A DNA stretch of 64,000 bases. Source: Spirochaetaceae bacterium. GTDB lineage: Bacteria > Spirochaetota > Spirochaetia > DSM-2461. The notes under the pieces are model-generated. The model was given only the letters and a program-made list of their open reading frames with translations, searched no databases and was not told the origin of the DNA. The stretch is from the NCBI GenBank assembly GCA_965224705.1, contig OZ245056.1:1312001-1376000 (forward strand), given 5' to 3'. The translations under genes and the position numbers were made by a program. Shown one piece after another: positions 1 through 8,832 of the stretch. Every line of letters starts with the position of its first letter. The first letter of the stretch is position 1.

Positions 1-815
1 TCTGCCAGTGTTTTTGCCATCTGCCTGATGCTGCGGCTGCCTGTCTCGGCAACAAAAAGAGCCCGAATACCTTCTTTCTCAATGGTCGTCTGAAGTTCCA
101 CCAGATGCCGTGCGGATGATTCAACCTGGTCATTTGTGTGAGGAATGATGTTGTCAATCACTGTGAAGCCGTAATCCCTGGCGAAATAGGCGAAGGAGTT
201 ATGATCCATCACCAATTTCCTCTGATCCACTGGAATACTCTCGGTAAGTCTCAGAATCTGATCATCAAGGTTCGCAAGCAAATCGACATATTTCTCTCCG
301 GCGCGGGCATAATTATCGGCATTTTCCGGATTTTCGCTGGAGAGAACATCAACTATGGATCGCGACCAGATCATCACATTGCGAGGAGAAATCCATACAT
401 GAGGATCGGCAGCTTCATCTTCATGATCGTCATGGTCATCGTGGTCATCATGGTCATCATGGATAAGGTCGAGTTCCAGGGACAGGTCTACAATGACAGG
501 TTCACGGAGGGAATCAAGTATGGGCAGAAGCTGAGTTTCAAGGCCGAGGCCATTGATGAAGATAAGATCGGCTGATTCCAGATGGGCCAGATCACCAGGG
601 GCAGGTTCCCACGAGTGGGAATTCTGTCCTGGAGGCATAAGAGTTTCCAGGGCGGCATTACTTCCCAGAAACTGAGAGACAATGTCGCCAATGATACTTG
701 TTGTTGCAACAACTTTCAGAGGGAGATTTTCCTCAACAACAGGTTTCTTTTTTGTACAGCCCGTAAGAATGGCAATAACCATTAGAAGGGCAGTTATTTT
801 TTTTGATGCTTTCAT
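1..815 (-). CDS. Metal (Zn/Mn) ABC transporter substrate-binding lipoprotein, ZnuA/TroA family; runs off the window start
   Basis: Not in the ORF track. Manual translation from ATG 815 gives MKASKKITALLMVIAILTGC (lipobox), KVVATTSIIGDIV, PPGQNSHSWEP, ADLIFINGLGLE, a His/Asp loop (HDDHDDHDDHDDHEDE) and DPHVWISPRNV. Confidence 0.9.
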   Translation of the reverse strand, partial: MKASKKITALLMVIAILTGCTKKKPVVEENLPLKVVATTSIIGDIVSQFLGSNAALETLMPPGQNSHSWEPAPGDLAHLESADLIFINGLGLETQLLPILDSLREPVIVDLSLELDLIHDDHDDHDDHDDHEDEAADPHVWISPRNVMIWSRSIVDVLSSENPENADNYARAGEKYVDLLANLDDQILRLTESIPVDQRKLVMDHNSFAYFARDYGFTVIDNIIPHTNDQVESSARHLVELQTTIEKEGIRALFVAETGSRSIRQMAKTLA

Positions 816-1087
816 TAAGTTTTCCTTTCGTGCTCACAGGTAAGATGGCTCTCAGAACAGTCGTCACAGGTTTGGACCTGGTGGTGCCGGGTGAATTCAT
901 CCCAATGCTGGCGCTGGGATATGCTCAGGGTGCCGGTTCCACCGCAGAGGGGACAGGAGTTTCCCAATGCCGCTAAAACAGCCATGCGAATGAAATCGGA
1001 TCTGTTTGCTATTCCAGCCATGGCTTCGGCCAGGGACTCATTCACTTTGAAAGTGATCATTTCTGCCTTGTTCCGTCCAGTCGACAT
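815..1087 (-). CDS. Ribbon-helix-helix (CopG-like) regulator with C-terminal Cys/His metal-binding domain
   Basis: N-terminal ITFKVNESLAEAM..NRSDFIRMAV fits the RHH pattern. C-terminal CPLC...CDDC..H..C..H. The stop overlaps the ZnuA-like start (TAATG). Confidence 0.75.
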   Translation of the reverse strand: MSTGRNKAEMITFKVNESLAEAMAGIANRSDFIRMAVLAALGNSCPLCGGTGTLSISQRQHWDEFTRHHQVQTCDDCSESHLTCEHERKT

Positions 1088-1096
1088 ATTAGCTGA

Positions 1097-1125
1097 AAGG
1101 TATTACATTGTAATACTTCAGTCAA
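1097..1125 (-). promoter_or_regulatory. Sigma70-type promoter (TTGACT-17-TACCTT) containing the palindrome GTATTACA-N-TGTAATAC (1100-1116)
   Basis: Perfect 8-1-8 inverted repeat in the -35/-10 spacer, overlapping the -10 hexamer, which ends 9 nt before the RHH ATG. Confidence 0.6.
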
Positions 1126-1396
1126 GAGATATTTCTCTTTTTTTGTATTCTTTACATTAAATTATCTCACAAGAAAGAGATGCCTTCACTTCAACATGCT
1201 TCCGGACACTCGGAAAAAGTCTCCGATTTGGCATGAATGCTATTGCCAATGAGTTTTATCTTCGTCAATTCACCTCTGGAAAGTCTGGACAGGCCTCAGC
1301 CCTGGCCAGCTTTGCCGCATTTCAATTAAAGGGTGATTATCAGAACGAGAAATAGTTCTTGACCATCCGCTCCATACCCTGGAATAATGAGACCCC

Positions 1397-3022
1397 ATGA
1401 GGAAGTATGTATTTGTTACAGGCGGTGTGTGTTCCAGTTTGGGGAAAGGCATTGCCGCCTCTTCCCTTGGGTGTCTTCTGGAAAGCCGCGGTTTGTCGGT
1501 GTGCATGATCAAAATTGATCCCTATCTCAATGTAGATGCCGGCACAATGAGTCCCTTTCAACACGGAGAAGTCTTTGTTACAGACGATGGTGCCGAAACA
1601 GATCTGGATCTCGGTAATTATGCCCGATTCACCAACTCACCCCTCAGTGCTGCCAATTCCATCACTACGGGTCAGATTTACCAGGAAGTGATACGGAAGG
1701 AACGCAAGGGAGATTACCTGGGCAAATGTGTGCAGGTTGTTCCCCATATAACGGATGAAATAAAGCGCAGAATTTATGCACAGGGAGAAAAACCTTCCAT
1801 TGAGGTTACTATTGTTGAGATAGGCGGCACCGTTGGAGACATAGAATCCATTCCCTTTCTTGAAGCTGTGCGGCAGATCATACACGAAGGAAGTCGCCAA
1901 AACACCCTGAGTGTTCATGTCTCCCTTATCCCAACATTATCCACTGGTGAGTTAAAAACCAAACCAACACAGCATTCGGTGAAGATTTTGAGGGAAATAG
2001 GCATACAGCCGGATGTTCTTCTTTGCCGTATTGCAAAAGAAATGGACACATCCATGAAACGTAAGATTGCCAATTTTACGAATATTGACTATGAATGTGT
2101 TCTCTCAGCCCATGATGTGCACACCTCAATCTACGAGATACCCATTGCGTACAGAAAACAGGGGCTGGATATTATTGTCTGTGATCGGCTGGATCTTCAA
2201 TGCAGCGTCGACAGGTTTCGCCCCTGGGAGGTGGTAAATGAGACCTGGCACAATGCTGCTGAAACCGTTGAAATTGCAATGGTTGGGAAATACATAGAAC
2301 TTGAAGACTCATATAAATCCATCGACGAGGCCCTTGTGCATGGAGCTGTTGCCAATGGAGTAAAGCTCAAAATCAAGAAAATTGATTCTGAAAAACTTTC
2401 CTCGTTTGAACTTGCAAAGGAGGCATTGAGAGAGGTTCAGGGAGTGCTTATTCCTGGCGGATTTGGCGGTCGTGGTATCCCGGGCATGATTGAAGCTGTT
2501 CGAGTTGTGAGAGAGAACAATATACCCTTCCTTGGAATATGTCTGGGTATGCAGATTCAAATTATTGAATGGGCCAGAAATATCCTTGGTATTGCTGATG
2601 CCAACAGCGTTGAATTCACACCCGACGGCCCATCCAATGTCATCGCATTGCTGGAAGAGCAGGTTGATATTACTCAATATGGTGGAACGATGAGACTTGG
2701 ATTGTGTGAATCTACAGCCGTGGAAAATACTTTCATCCATACGGCCTATGGCGCAAGCACCATCAGGGAACGTCATCGGCACCGGTATGAAGTGAGCAAT
2801 GAGTACAGAGAGGTTTTAACAGAGTCTGGATTGGTTTTTTCCGCCTTTACTCCTGATAAACTTCTGGTAGAGTCAGCAGAATGGCCGAATCATATCTGGT
2901 CGGTTGGTGTGCAGTTCCACCCTGAGTTTACATCCAGCCCGCTCAAGCCTGGCCCCCTGTTCAAGGCTTTCCTGGCGGCAGCGGCTCGATGTGACCCTTA
3001 TCGAGTGTCAGAAAGCCTGTAA
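1397..3022 (+). CDS. pyrG: CTP synthase
   Basis: KYVFVTGGVCSSLGKG, KIDPYLNVDAGTMSPFQHGEV, GICLGMQ and QFHPEF motifs. Confidence 0.98.
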   Translation: MRKYVFVTGGVCSSLGKGIAASSLGCLLESRGLSVCMIKIDPYLNVDAGTMSPFQHGEVFVTDDGAETDLDLGNYARFTNSPLSAANSITTGQIYQEVIRKERKGDYLGKCVQVVPHITDEIKRRIYAQGEKPSIEVTIVEIGGTVGDIESIPFLEAVRQIIHEGSRQNTLSVHVSLIPTLSTGELKTKPTQHSVKILREIGIQPDVLLCRIAKEMDTSMKRKIANFTNIDYECVLSAHDVHTSIYEIPIAYRKQGLDIIVCDRLDLQCSVDRFRPWEVVNETWHNAAETVEIAMVGKYIELEDSYKSIDEALVHGAVANGVKLKIKKIDSEKLSSFELAKEALREVQGVLIPGGFGGRGIPGMIEAVRVVRENNIPFLGICLGMQIQIIEWARNILGIADANSVEFTPDGPSNVIALLEEQVDITQYGGTMRLGLCESTAVENTFIHTAYGASTIRERHRHRYEVSNEYREVLTESGLVFSAFTPDKLLVESAEWPNHIWSVGVQFHPEFTSSPLKPGPLFKAFLAAAARCDPYRVSESL

Positions 3023-3179
3023 AACCCCCTTCAACCCATCCCGGAATTCCAACCTCATCCTAAACCTTCACAAGTTGGTGTAGAAGTTCCTCGTAGCCGG
3101 TGACTTTTTTCGCATAGTAATCAATTGAAAAAGTCTGGGAAGAAAAGGTTTTTGTTGCATTAACAAGCTTCCTGACACT
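3004..3179. mobile_element. Family B MITE (176 bp), internally deleted IS1-like element
   Basis: Termini AGTGTCAGAAAGC / GCTTCCTGACACT; internal blocks match 19118-19742. Confidence 0.85.
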
Positions 3180-3276
3180 GGATAATGCCCCAAACCATCA
3201 CCTGTGACACGGAGAGAGTGTATGAACAGCCTGGGAATGGCGGGACTCTGCCTGACCCGGAGAAAAAGAACGAAAA

Positions 3277-4089
3277 TTAATTCGAATTAATCTCTGAGAT
3301 CTCTACTTCGAAACTTATCGGTATGTTTGGGTTGCCATGAATATCTTCAATAGTTTTCTCTTTTATATCGACACTCAATTTACCAGGGACCAATTCCGTA
3401 TCAAGTACAAACACCAATGCATCATTAAAGCTGCTGGAGCTCCCGAAAGCTCCTATTGACACCGAGTTGATTGTCAGCAGGTTGCTGCCTTGTTTGAAAG
3501 TCACAAAATCCTTAATGTTGGTTTTAACATCTTTAACACTGTTTGAAAAAAACCGTATCTCTTCCTTGAAAAGTATTTTCATTTCTTTCTTTTTTGTAAT
3601 CGAGAATGGTCTCTCACTCATAATATAAGAAACCTCTTCGGGGCCAGTTACATCCTTAACTGCCTTTTTCGTTATTGTCAGAGTTGATGTAATAGGGTTT
3701 CCATCCTCAACAAGCTTCAGTGTATTCGGCTTAATTTCAATCTCAACAGTATCATCTATCTGAATATTTGCATCGCGAAACATTAAGTACATTCTCGATT
3801 CATCCAGAGAAGAAATCTCAGTAGCCATCGAGCCAATGTCATTCGGATCCAAAGTTTTCGAAGTGTCATTTATGGTCAGTGTAAATGTTTTGTTCCCCTC
3901 ATCCACCCATGCTACTTTTTGCCTGAATTTCATGGCATAAAATCTGCTTCCTTCTTCAATATCATCCTGATGTAAAGCAAGCAAAGAGTTAGAGTCATGG
4001 AATGAGATTTTCAACCCTAATGGTGAACAGGAAAAAAACAAACTGACCAATGCTGTCAGAGCAAATAGAATATGTATTCTGTGCCGCAT
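3277..4089 (-). CDS. AT-rich lipoprotein, possibly with Ig-like domains
   Basis: Signal peptide with lipobox FFSC; beta-rich; C-terminal IEDIHGNPN resembles bacterial Ig-like domain ends. Confidence 0.6.
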   Translation of the reverse strand: MRHRIHILFALTALVSLFFSCSPLGLKISFHDSNSLLALHQDDIEEGSRFYAMKFRQKVAWVDEGNKTFTLTINDTSKTLDPNDIGSMATEISSLDESRMYLMFRDANIQIDDTVEIEIKPNTLKLVEDGNPITSTLTITKKAVKDVTGPEEVSYIMSERPFSITKKKEMKILFKEEIRFFSNSVKDVKTNIKDFVTFKQGSNLLTINSVSIGAFGSSSSFNDALVFVLDTELVPGKLSVDIKEKTIEDIHGNPNIPISFEVEISEINSN

Positions 4090-4493
4090 AAAGATTCTCC
4101 TTCCGGGGTTCCTCAGTAGAATTCACCATGAAGGTATGACCTGCCTCATGCATTTGGAGAGAGCACTTTGAACTGATGAGGTCCTGTTTAATCCGCTACT
4201 GAGTTTTCTTAACCTCTTCTTAATTCTACAGGAATATTTGCTCCCTGTCAAGTTTTTGTGCCAACAATGGGAATTCCCCACGAACAAAAAATTGTACGAA
4301 TCCCTTTTCGATACCCTGGATTTGGTCCCCGGAATCAGATTACTCCTGCTACAGAGACATTTTGTCATTCAGGAGGGACATGATGAATAAACGGCTCAAG
4401 TTCCTCAAGAAGGAATTTAATCTTCCAAAAGAAGCAATCCTTATTTTCTGTTCGAACTGGTACAACAACAGGTTCCCATGTATCATGATATGA

Positions 4494-5603
4494 GTGGAGG
4501 CTCCATTGTATTTAGCCATAGATCTGGGAACTGGAGAAGGAACGAAAATCACTGTTTTTCCAAATTTGTCAGAGTGTCATCCGGAAACAGTTGTTCATAT
4601 TCAAGACTATGGTCCGGATTTTAATTCATACAGCTGTATTCTGGATTCATCGATAAAAAAATACCTCAACAGCATTGGGGTGAAACTCAGTTCAATCAGG
4701 TCAATTGGAATAGCAGCGGCAGGAATCTTGAAGAGTGATGGAACTTTTCAATTAATCCAGAATCTTTCCCAATTCAACAATCACAATTTATGCCAGACTG
4801 TATTGGACCTGTACGGCAAACCAACTGCTATCGACAACGATGCCAATGCCGGGGCCATGGCAGAATGGAGTGTCCTGCGAATGGAATTACTCTACTGGGT
4901 ATTCGGTGGAGGTTGGGGTGGGGCCTGGGTTAGCAGAAATGGAGAGGTGCGTTTTCCATCAACAGAATGGGACGGCCGCGATGAAAGCCTGCACATCAGT
5001 AATGAACCAGGATACGCCATTTCCTTTAATAAACTTGACCTTAAAACCCTGTTTTCAGAAATACATGCCTCGTATGAACGGTTTGAACAAATTCTGCTGG
5101 AGGAATCAGGCGAAAAGGCTGTAATCGGGCCAAAAGGCAATCCTCATACCCTGCGTGCAGAAACAATTCTATCCGGACCGGGCCGATGCCGTTTGTTTCG
5201 AGCTATTGTTGGGGATGACGATTTCTTTGAACGGTTCCTGGATCCCGGTGAATCAAAACAAATGGACAATACGTCAATCGCCGGGAAGCACATAAGCAAA
5301 TTATCCAGCATGCGAGTGGAAGCGGCGATAAATACAGATAGGCTTTTCGGCAAAATCCTTGCTCGTGCAACCCGGGAAATTCTGCGTCAGGGTATAAAGG
5401 ACAACATGTCTGAGAGTATTCCTGTCTGCCTGGGCGGTAAGTCAAGCTATGCCCTGCCTTATTTCGGGCCATCAACCCAGCGGCTGTTAGGAAAAATGGG
5501 TTACATGACCTATCTGAGACCATCTGTCATTGATGAAAGAGGGATAAATGCCAACCTGCTGGGAGCGGCTGTTCTTGCCGCCAGGGCCAATGGAGATATT
5601 TAG
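4494..5603 (+). CDS. ROK-family protein (sugar kinase-like)
   Basis: LAIDLG, SIGIAAAG, DNDANAGAMAE, GGGWGGA and ANLLGAA motifs. Confidence 0.8.
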   Translation: MEAPLYLAIDLGTGEGTKITVFPNLSECHPETVVHIQDYGPDFNSYSCILDSSIKKYLNSIGVKLSSIRSIGIAAAGILKSDGTFQLIQNLSQFNNHNLCQTVLDLYGKPTAIDNDANAGAMAEWSVLRMELLYWVFGGGWGGAWVSRNGEVRFPSTEWDGRDESLHISNEPGYAISFNKLDLKTLFSEIHASYERFEQILLEESGEKAVIGPKGNPHTLRAETILSGPGRCRLFRAIVGDDDFFERFLDPGESKQMDNTSIAGKHISKLSSMRVEAAINTDRLFGKILARATREILRQGIKDNMSESIPVCLGGKSSYALPYFGPSTQRLLGKMGYMTYLRPSVIDERGINANLLGAAVLAARANGDI

Positions 5604-5608
5604 AGTCT

Positions 5609-6358
5609 ATGATCAATAAATCCTATAAGAGCCTGATTTTACGGTCATTCATATTACTCATTGCAGCACCTCTCAGTGCTGATGGGCCGAGAACGGCAGC
5701 AACCACGGAATGGACAGCGGCCTTCTGTCGGGCGGCTGGAATCACCGATGTCGTGGTACTGGCACCATCTGGTTTGATTCATCCGCCAGATTATGAACTG
5801 CGACCATCAGACATTCCAGCATTGATAAATGCAGAACTCATTGTATATGGCGGTTATGAAATCATGGCTGAAAGAATTCATTCCCATGTCGCTGGAACCG
5901 GCACAAAGCTGTTGAGAATTGAAACAAGCTACGATACCACAATCCTCAAGAAATCAATCAACCGTATTGCCATGGAAGCAGGGACAACTCCAGGTGGACT
6001 TGAAAGGATTAAAAAAGCATGGGAAGAGGCCCGATACATGCTGTTGGAAGCAGACATTGCAGGCAAGGGAGTGATAGCTCATCAGTTTCAGGTCCCCTTT
6101 GCAAAAGAAGCGGGGTTTATCATCAAAGGAGTTTTTGGCCCCATGCCGCCAGGACCAAAACTTATTGCCGAATCCTCTTCAATTTCAGCTTCGTTTGTAC
6201 TGGACAATGCCCATAACCCAATAGGGTCTCCCATTGTGGAAGTGCTGAAAGATGCCGCTCTGGTACAGCTTATCAATTTCCCGGGTCAGCACGGCACGAG
6301 AGAATTGGCCGATGTGATACTTCACAATGCGAAAGCATTGATTGAGTCTGCACAATAG
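5609..6358 (+). CDS. Divergent metal ABC transporter substrate-binding protein (TroA/ZnuA-like fold)
   Basis: Signal peptide; HPPDYELRPSDIPALINAELIVYGGYE and AHQFQ motifs. Confidence 0.65.
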   Translation: MINKSYKSLILRSFILLIAAPLSADGPRTAATTEWTAAFCRAAGITDVVVLAPSGLIHPPDYELRPSDIPALINAELIVYGGYEIMAERIHSHVAGTGTKLLRIETSYDTTILKKSINRIAMEAGTTPGGLERIKKAWEEARYMLLEADIAGKGVIAHQFQVPFAKEAGFIIKGVFGPMPPGPKLIAESSSISASFVLDNAHNPIGSPIVEVLKDAALVQLINFPGQHGTRELADVILHNAKALIESAQ

Positions 6359-6464
6359 ACTCAAGTTGATCCCAGGGGATTTCGCTGAAACTCATAAATC
6401 CCGGTGCCTTGACCAAATCGACTCTTCGTTATAAATTCATCTCTTCAACACAAGGAGAGATGAT

Positions 6465-6653
6465 ATGTCCAAAGCCCACCGTGGCCAACCCCTCAAACAG
6501 GAAATACCAGGCTCCGGCCGCGGAATCTGCCCGATCTGTAAACGATCTGGAATAAAACTGCTCTATGAACATGAAGTGGAAGAAGAAAAAATAACCATCT
6601 GCAAGCAGTGTCATGCTGCAGAAAAAGCGGGAAATCTCAAAAACACCGTTTAA
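6465..6653 (+). CDS. Small basic CxxC-CxxC zinc-ribbon protein
   Basis: AAGGAG RBS; CPIC and CKQC motifs; 62 aa. Confidence 0.75.
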   Translation: MSKAHRGQPLKQEIPGSGRGICPICKRSGIKLLYEHEVEEEKITICKQCHAAEKAGNLKNTV

Positions 6654-6661
6654 GAAAACCC

Positions 6662-7171
6662 CTACCAATGCTCGTAGCTGATAACACGGTCTCTTGAAAG
6701 ACGATCCACCTTGATCTTCTTATCATTTGTATGACCAATAGCAAGCAGAAGCAAAGTTTGTATGGAATATGGTAGATTGAGAATGCTCTTTGCCATTTGT
6801 TCATCATAGGATCCGAGAACAATGGATCCAAGTCCCTCATGAGTTGCCTGCAGGGACATATGGGAAACAGCAAATGCAATGTCCAGTGGATGACTTGGCT
6901 GACCATTCGGCATTGTGTATTGGATATTAGTAGTGCATGCGGCGATGATACACCCTGCTTGAAGGATACGCTTTTCACCAAAACAAGCTCTGGCCAGAGC
7001 CTCCTTTTTTTCAAGTTGTGTGATTGCAATGAATCGCCATGTTTGCCGGTTCTTGGCCGATGGGGCCAATCGACCAACTTCAAGAATTCTGCTGAGAACC
7101 TCAGGATCAATAGAACGACCATCAAAGGATTTAGCCGTGGATCTTTGTTGAAGAACTTCAAGAATGCCCAT
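6662..7171 (-). CDS. Nitroreductase family protein
   Basis: QRSTAKSF, RLAPSAKNRQTWRF, MSLQATHEGLGS and LLAIGH motifs. Confidence 0.9.
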   Translation of the reverse strand: MGILEVLQQRSTAKSFDGRSIDPEVLSRILEVGRLAPSAKNRQTWRFIAITQLEKKEALARACFGEKRILQAGCIIAACTTNIQYTMPNGQPSHPLDIAFAVSHMSLQATHEGLGSIVLGSYDEQMAKSILNLPYSIQTLLLLAIGHTNDKKIKVDRLSRDRVISYEHW

Positions 7172-7393
7172 TTATACAGTATAACAAAGAAGTCTCATGT
7201 TTGGAAGATCCCTGATGAAAAGATATTCTTTGAGCGTCACAGGAAAAAGAGGATACAAAAAAATCTCCGAGCCTAATAGCCGATAAGTCTCCGTTTGCTG
7301 TCACTCGCTTCGCCCTGCGGGGAAATTGCCCTTTGGCGAAACGGTATGTACAATAATGTGTAATGCAACAATATTCATTCCTGAGGAGTTAAA

Positions 7394-7597
7394 ATGGAAA
7401 AAAGAGATTTGAACATTAAAAGCTTGGCAATAGGATTTTTATTAGCTATAGCCATAATTCTATCGATAGGTGCAGTCGGTGAATTAAATGAAGTAGGAAG
7501 GTATCAGATTTCATCAGTAGGGGACACCCCTTCCCGGGCGTGGATCATTGATACAAAACTGGCGGTGTTAAGCAGGGTAGCAAAATCGATTGATTAA
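7394..7597 (+). pseudogene. Small exported hypothetical protein, probably frameshifted near the C-terminus
   Basis: GAGGAG RBS, hydrophobic N-terminus, GRYQI...IIDTK. Adding one A in the run at about 7555 gives IDTKTGGVKQ. Confidence 0.4.
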
Positions 7598-7630
7598 GGA
7601 TTATAATTTCTTGTATCATTAGGGTGTCTA

Positions 7631-7793
7631 GGAGTCTGTCGGACTTTAAGGCTTCGAGGCGATTTTTGATGATTTTTTCCTGATGCAAGGCGACAAAAAC
7701 GGAGCGTAGCTGGGCTACGTGAGTATTTTGGCAACGCAGCAGCAGGGAAAAAGGGCAAAAATCGAGCCGTGAGGCGTAAGTCCGACAGACTCC
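7631..7793 (+). mobile_element. Family A MITE, 163 bp, core type 1
   Basis: 16-bp terminal inverted repeat GGAGTCTGTCGGACTT / AAGTCCGACAGACTCC; near-identical copies elsewhere in the window. Confidence 0.92.
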
Positions 7794-7806
7794 TGGAGGG
7801 GGGAAG

Positions 7807-8055
7807 TTGCCAGAAATAACAAGGTTTTTAGGAATTATAATTTCAATGTACTTTGATGAACACAATCCTCCGCATTTTCATGCCAAGTATAATGAATATC
7901 GGGCATCTGTGAGTATAAAGGAATTGAGCATCATTGCCGGAGCTCTTCCTACTAGGGTTCAAGGACTTGTGGAAGAATGGGCGAAATTACATCAGGATGA
8001 ACTCCTTCAAATGTGGACATCAAAGGAATTTCATCATATTGAACCTCTCGTTTGA
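7807..8055 (+). CDS. DUF4160 domain protein (putative toxin-antitoxin partner)
   Basis: MPEITRFLGIIISMYFDEHNPPHFHAKY signature; TTG start after GGAGG. Confidence 0.9.
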   Translation: MPEITRFLGIIISMYFDEHNPPHFHAKYNEYRASVSIKELSIIAGALPTRVQGLVEEWAKLHQDELLQMWTSKEFHHIEPLV

Positions 8056-8070
8056 TAAAAGGATACGATT

Positions 8071-8325
8071 ATGGAATGCATTTATGTATCAAAGGCAAAT
8101 TATATAAAAGATTTCGTGATATTTTTGGAATTCAATACTGGAGAATCGGGAGAAGTCGATCTAAAGGATGCTGTCTACAGCTATAAAATCGCAGAGCCGC
8201 TGCGCGATCCCGCTTGTTTTTCAAAATTCTATCTTGATTCATGGCCAACGCTCGCTTGGGATTGCGGGTTTGACATAGCACCTGAATCCCTGTATTTCAG
8301 AGTAACGGGTAAAGGTAGAACTTAA
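8071..8325 (+). CDS. DUF2442 domain protein (putative toxin-antitoxin partner)
   Basis: LEFNTGESGEVDL and TLAWDCGFDIAPESLY motifs; usual partner of DUF4160. Confidence 0.88.
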   Translation: MECIYVSKANYIKDFVIFLEFNTGESGEVDLKDAVYSYKIAEPLRDPACFSKFYLDSWPTLAWDCGFDIAPESLYFRVTGKGRT

Positions 8326-8832
8326 GCCGGAAGACAGCGAACAAGCTGTATAATTTCCTACTGATCGACGGACAGGTTCATGGTGAAATAAACAAAGCCC
8401 TTATCTATGAGCTAATTCAAAAACTTTCTATAAGTATCAGTTAGAGAAGGAATGACGTTGCCCCCGATGCCACCTCGACTAAATTCTCATTGAAAATGAA
8501 GATTTTGCCAGGTCTTTTACATGAAAAAAGCCATTTTTCTATGTTTTGGGCATACTTCTCCCCAAAAACAGGAATCTCAGCCCATTTCTTCTATGCCGCT
8601 TCGTTGTTCAGGCTGGCAGAATGAAATATTGAAGTATCTTCTGTGCGGTAAGACAAAGAACCCACACATCAACCGAAAAAACACCTTCTCATGCCCTCTG
8701 ATGTAAAGCCGTTTGGGAAGAACCGAATCCTTCAGATGGGAGTTGGCCCGCTTTAAGAAAAAGGCAAAATTTAATAAGAAAAATATGTATAACATAGATT
8801 GTAAGCAACTTGCCCACGATCTATAATGAACT

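Noticed and set aside
138..575. Plus-strand 145-aa ORF with MIVMVIVV repeat
   Set aside because: Antisense shadow of the His/Asp loop of the ZnuA-like gene.
4380..4493. 37-codon ORF with AGGAGG upstream of the ROK gene
   Set aside because: No recognisable motif, and it overlaps the likely ROK promoter; cannot be supported.
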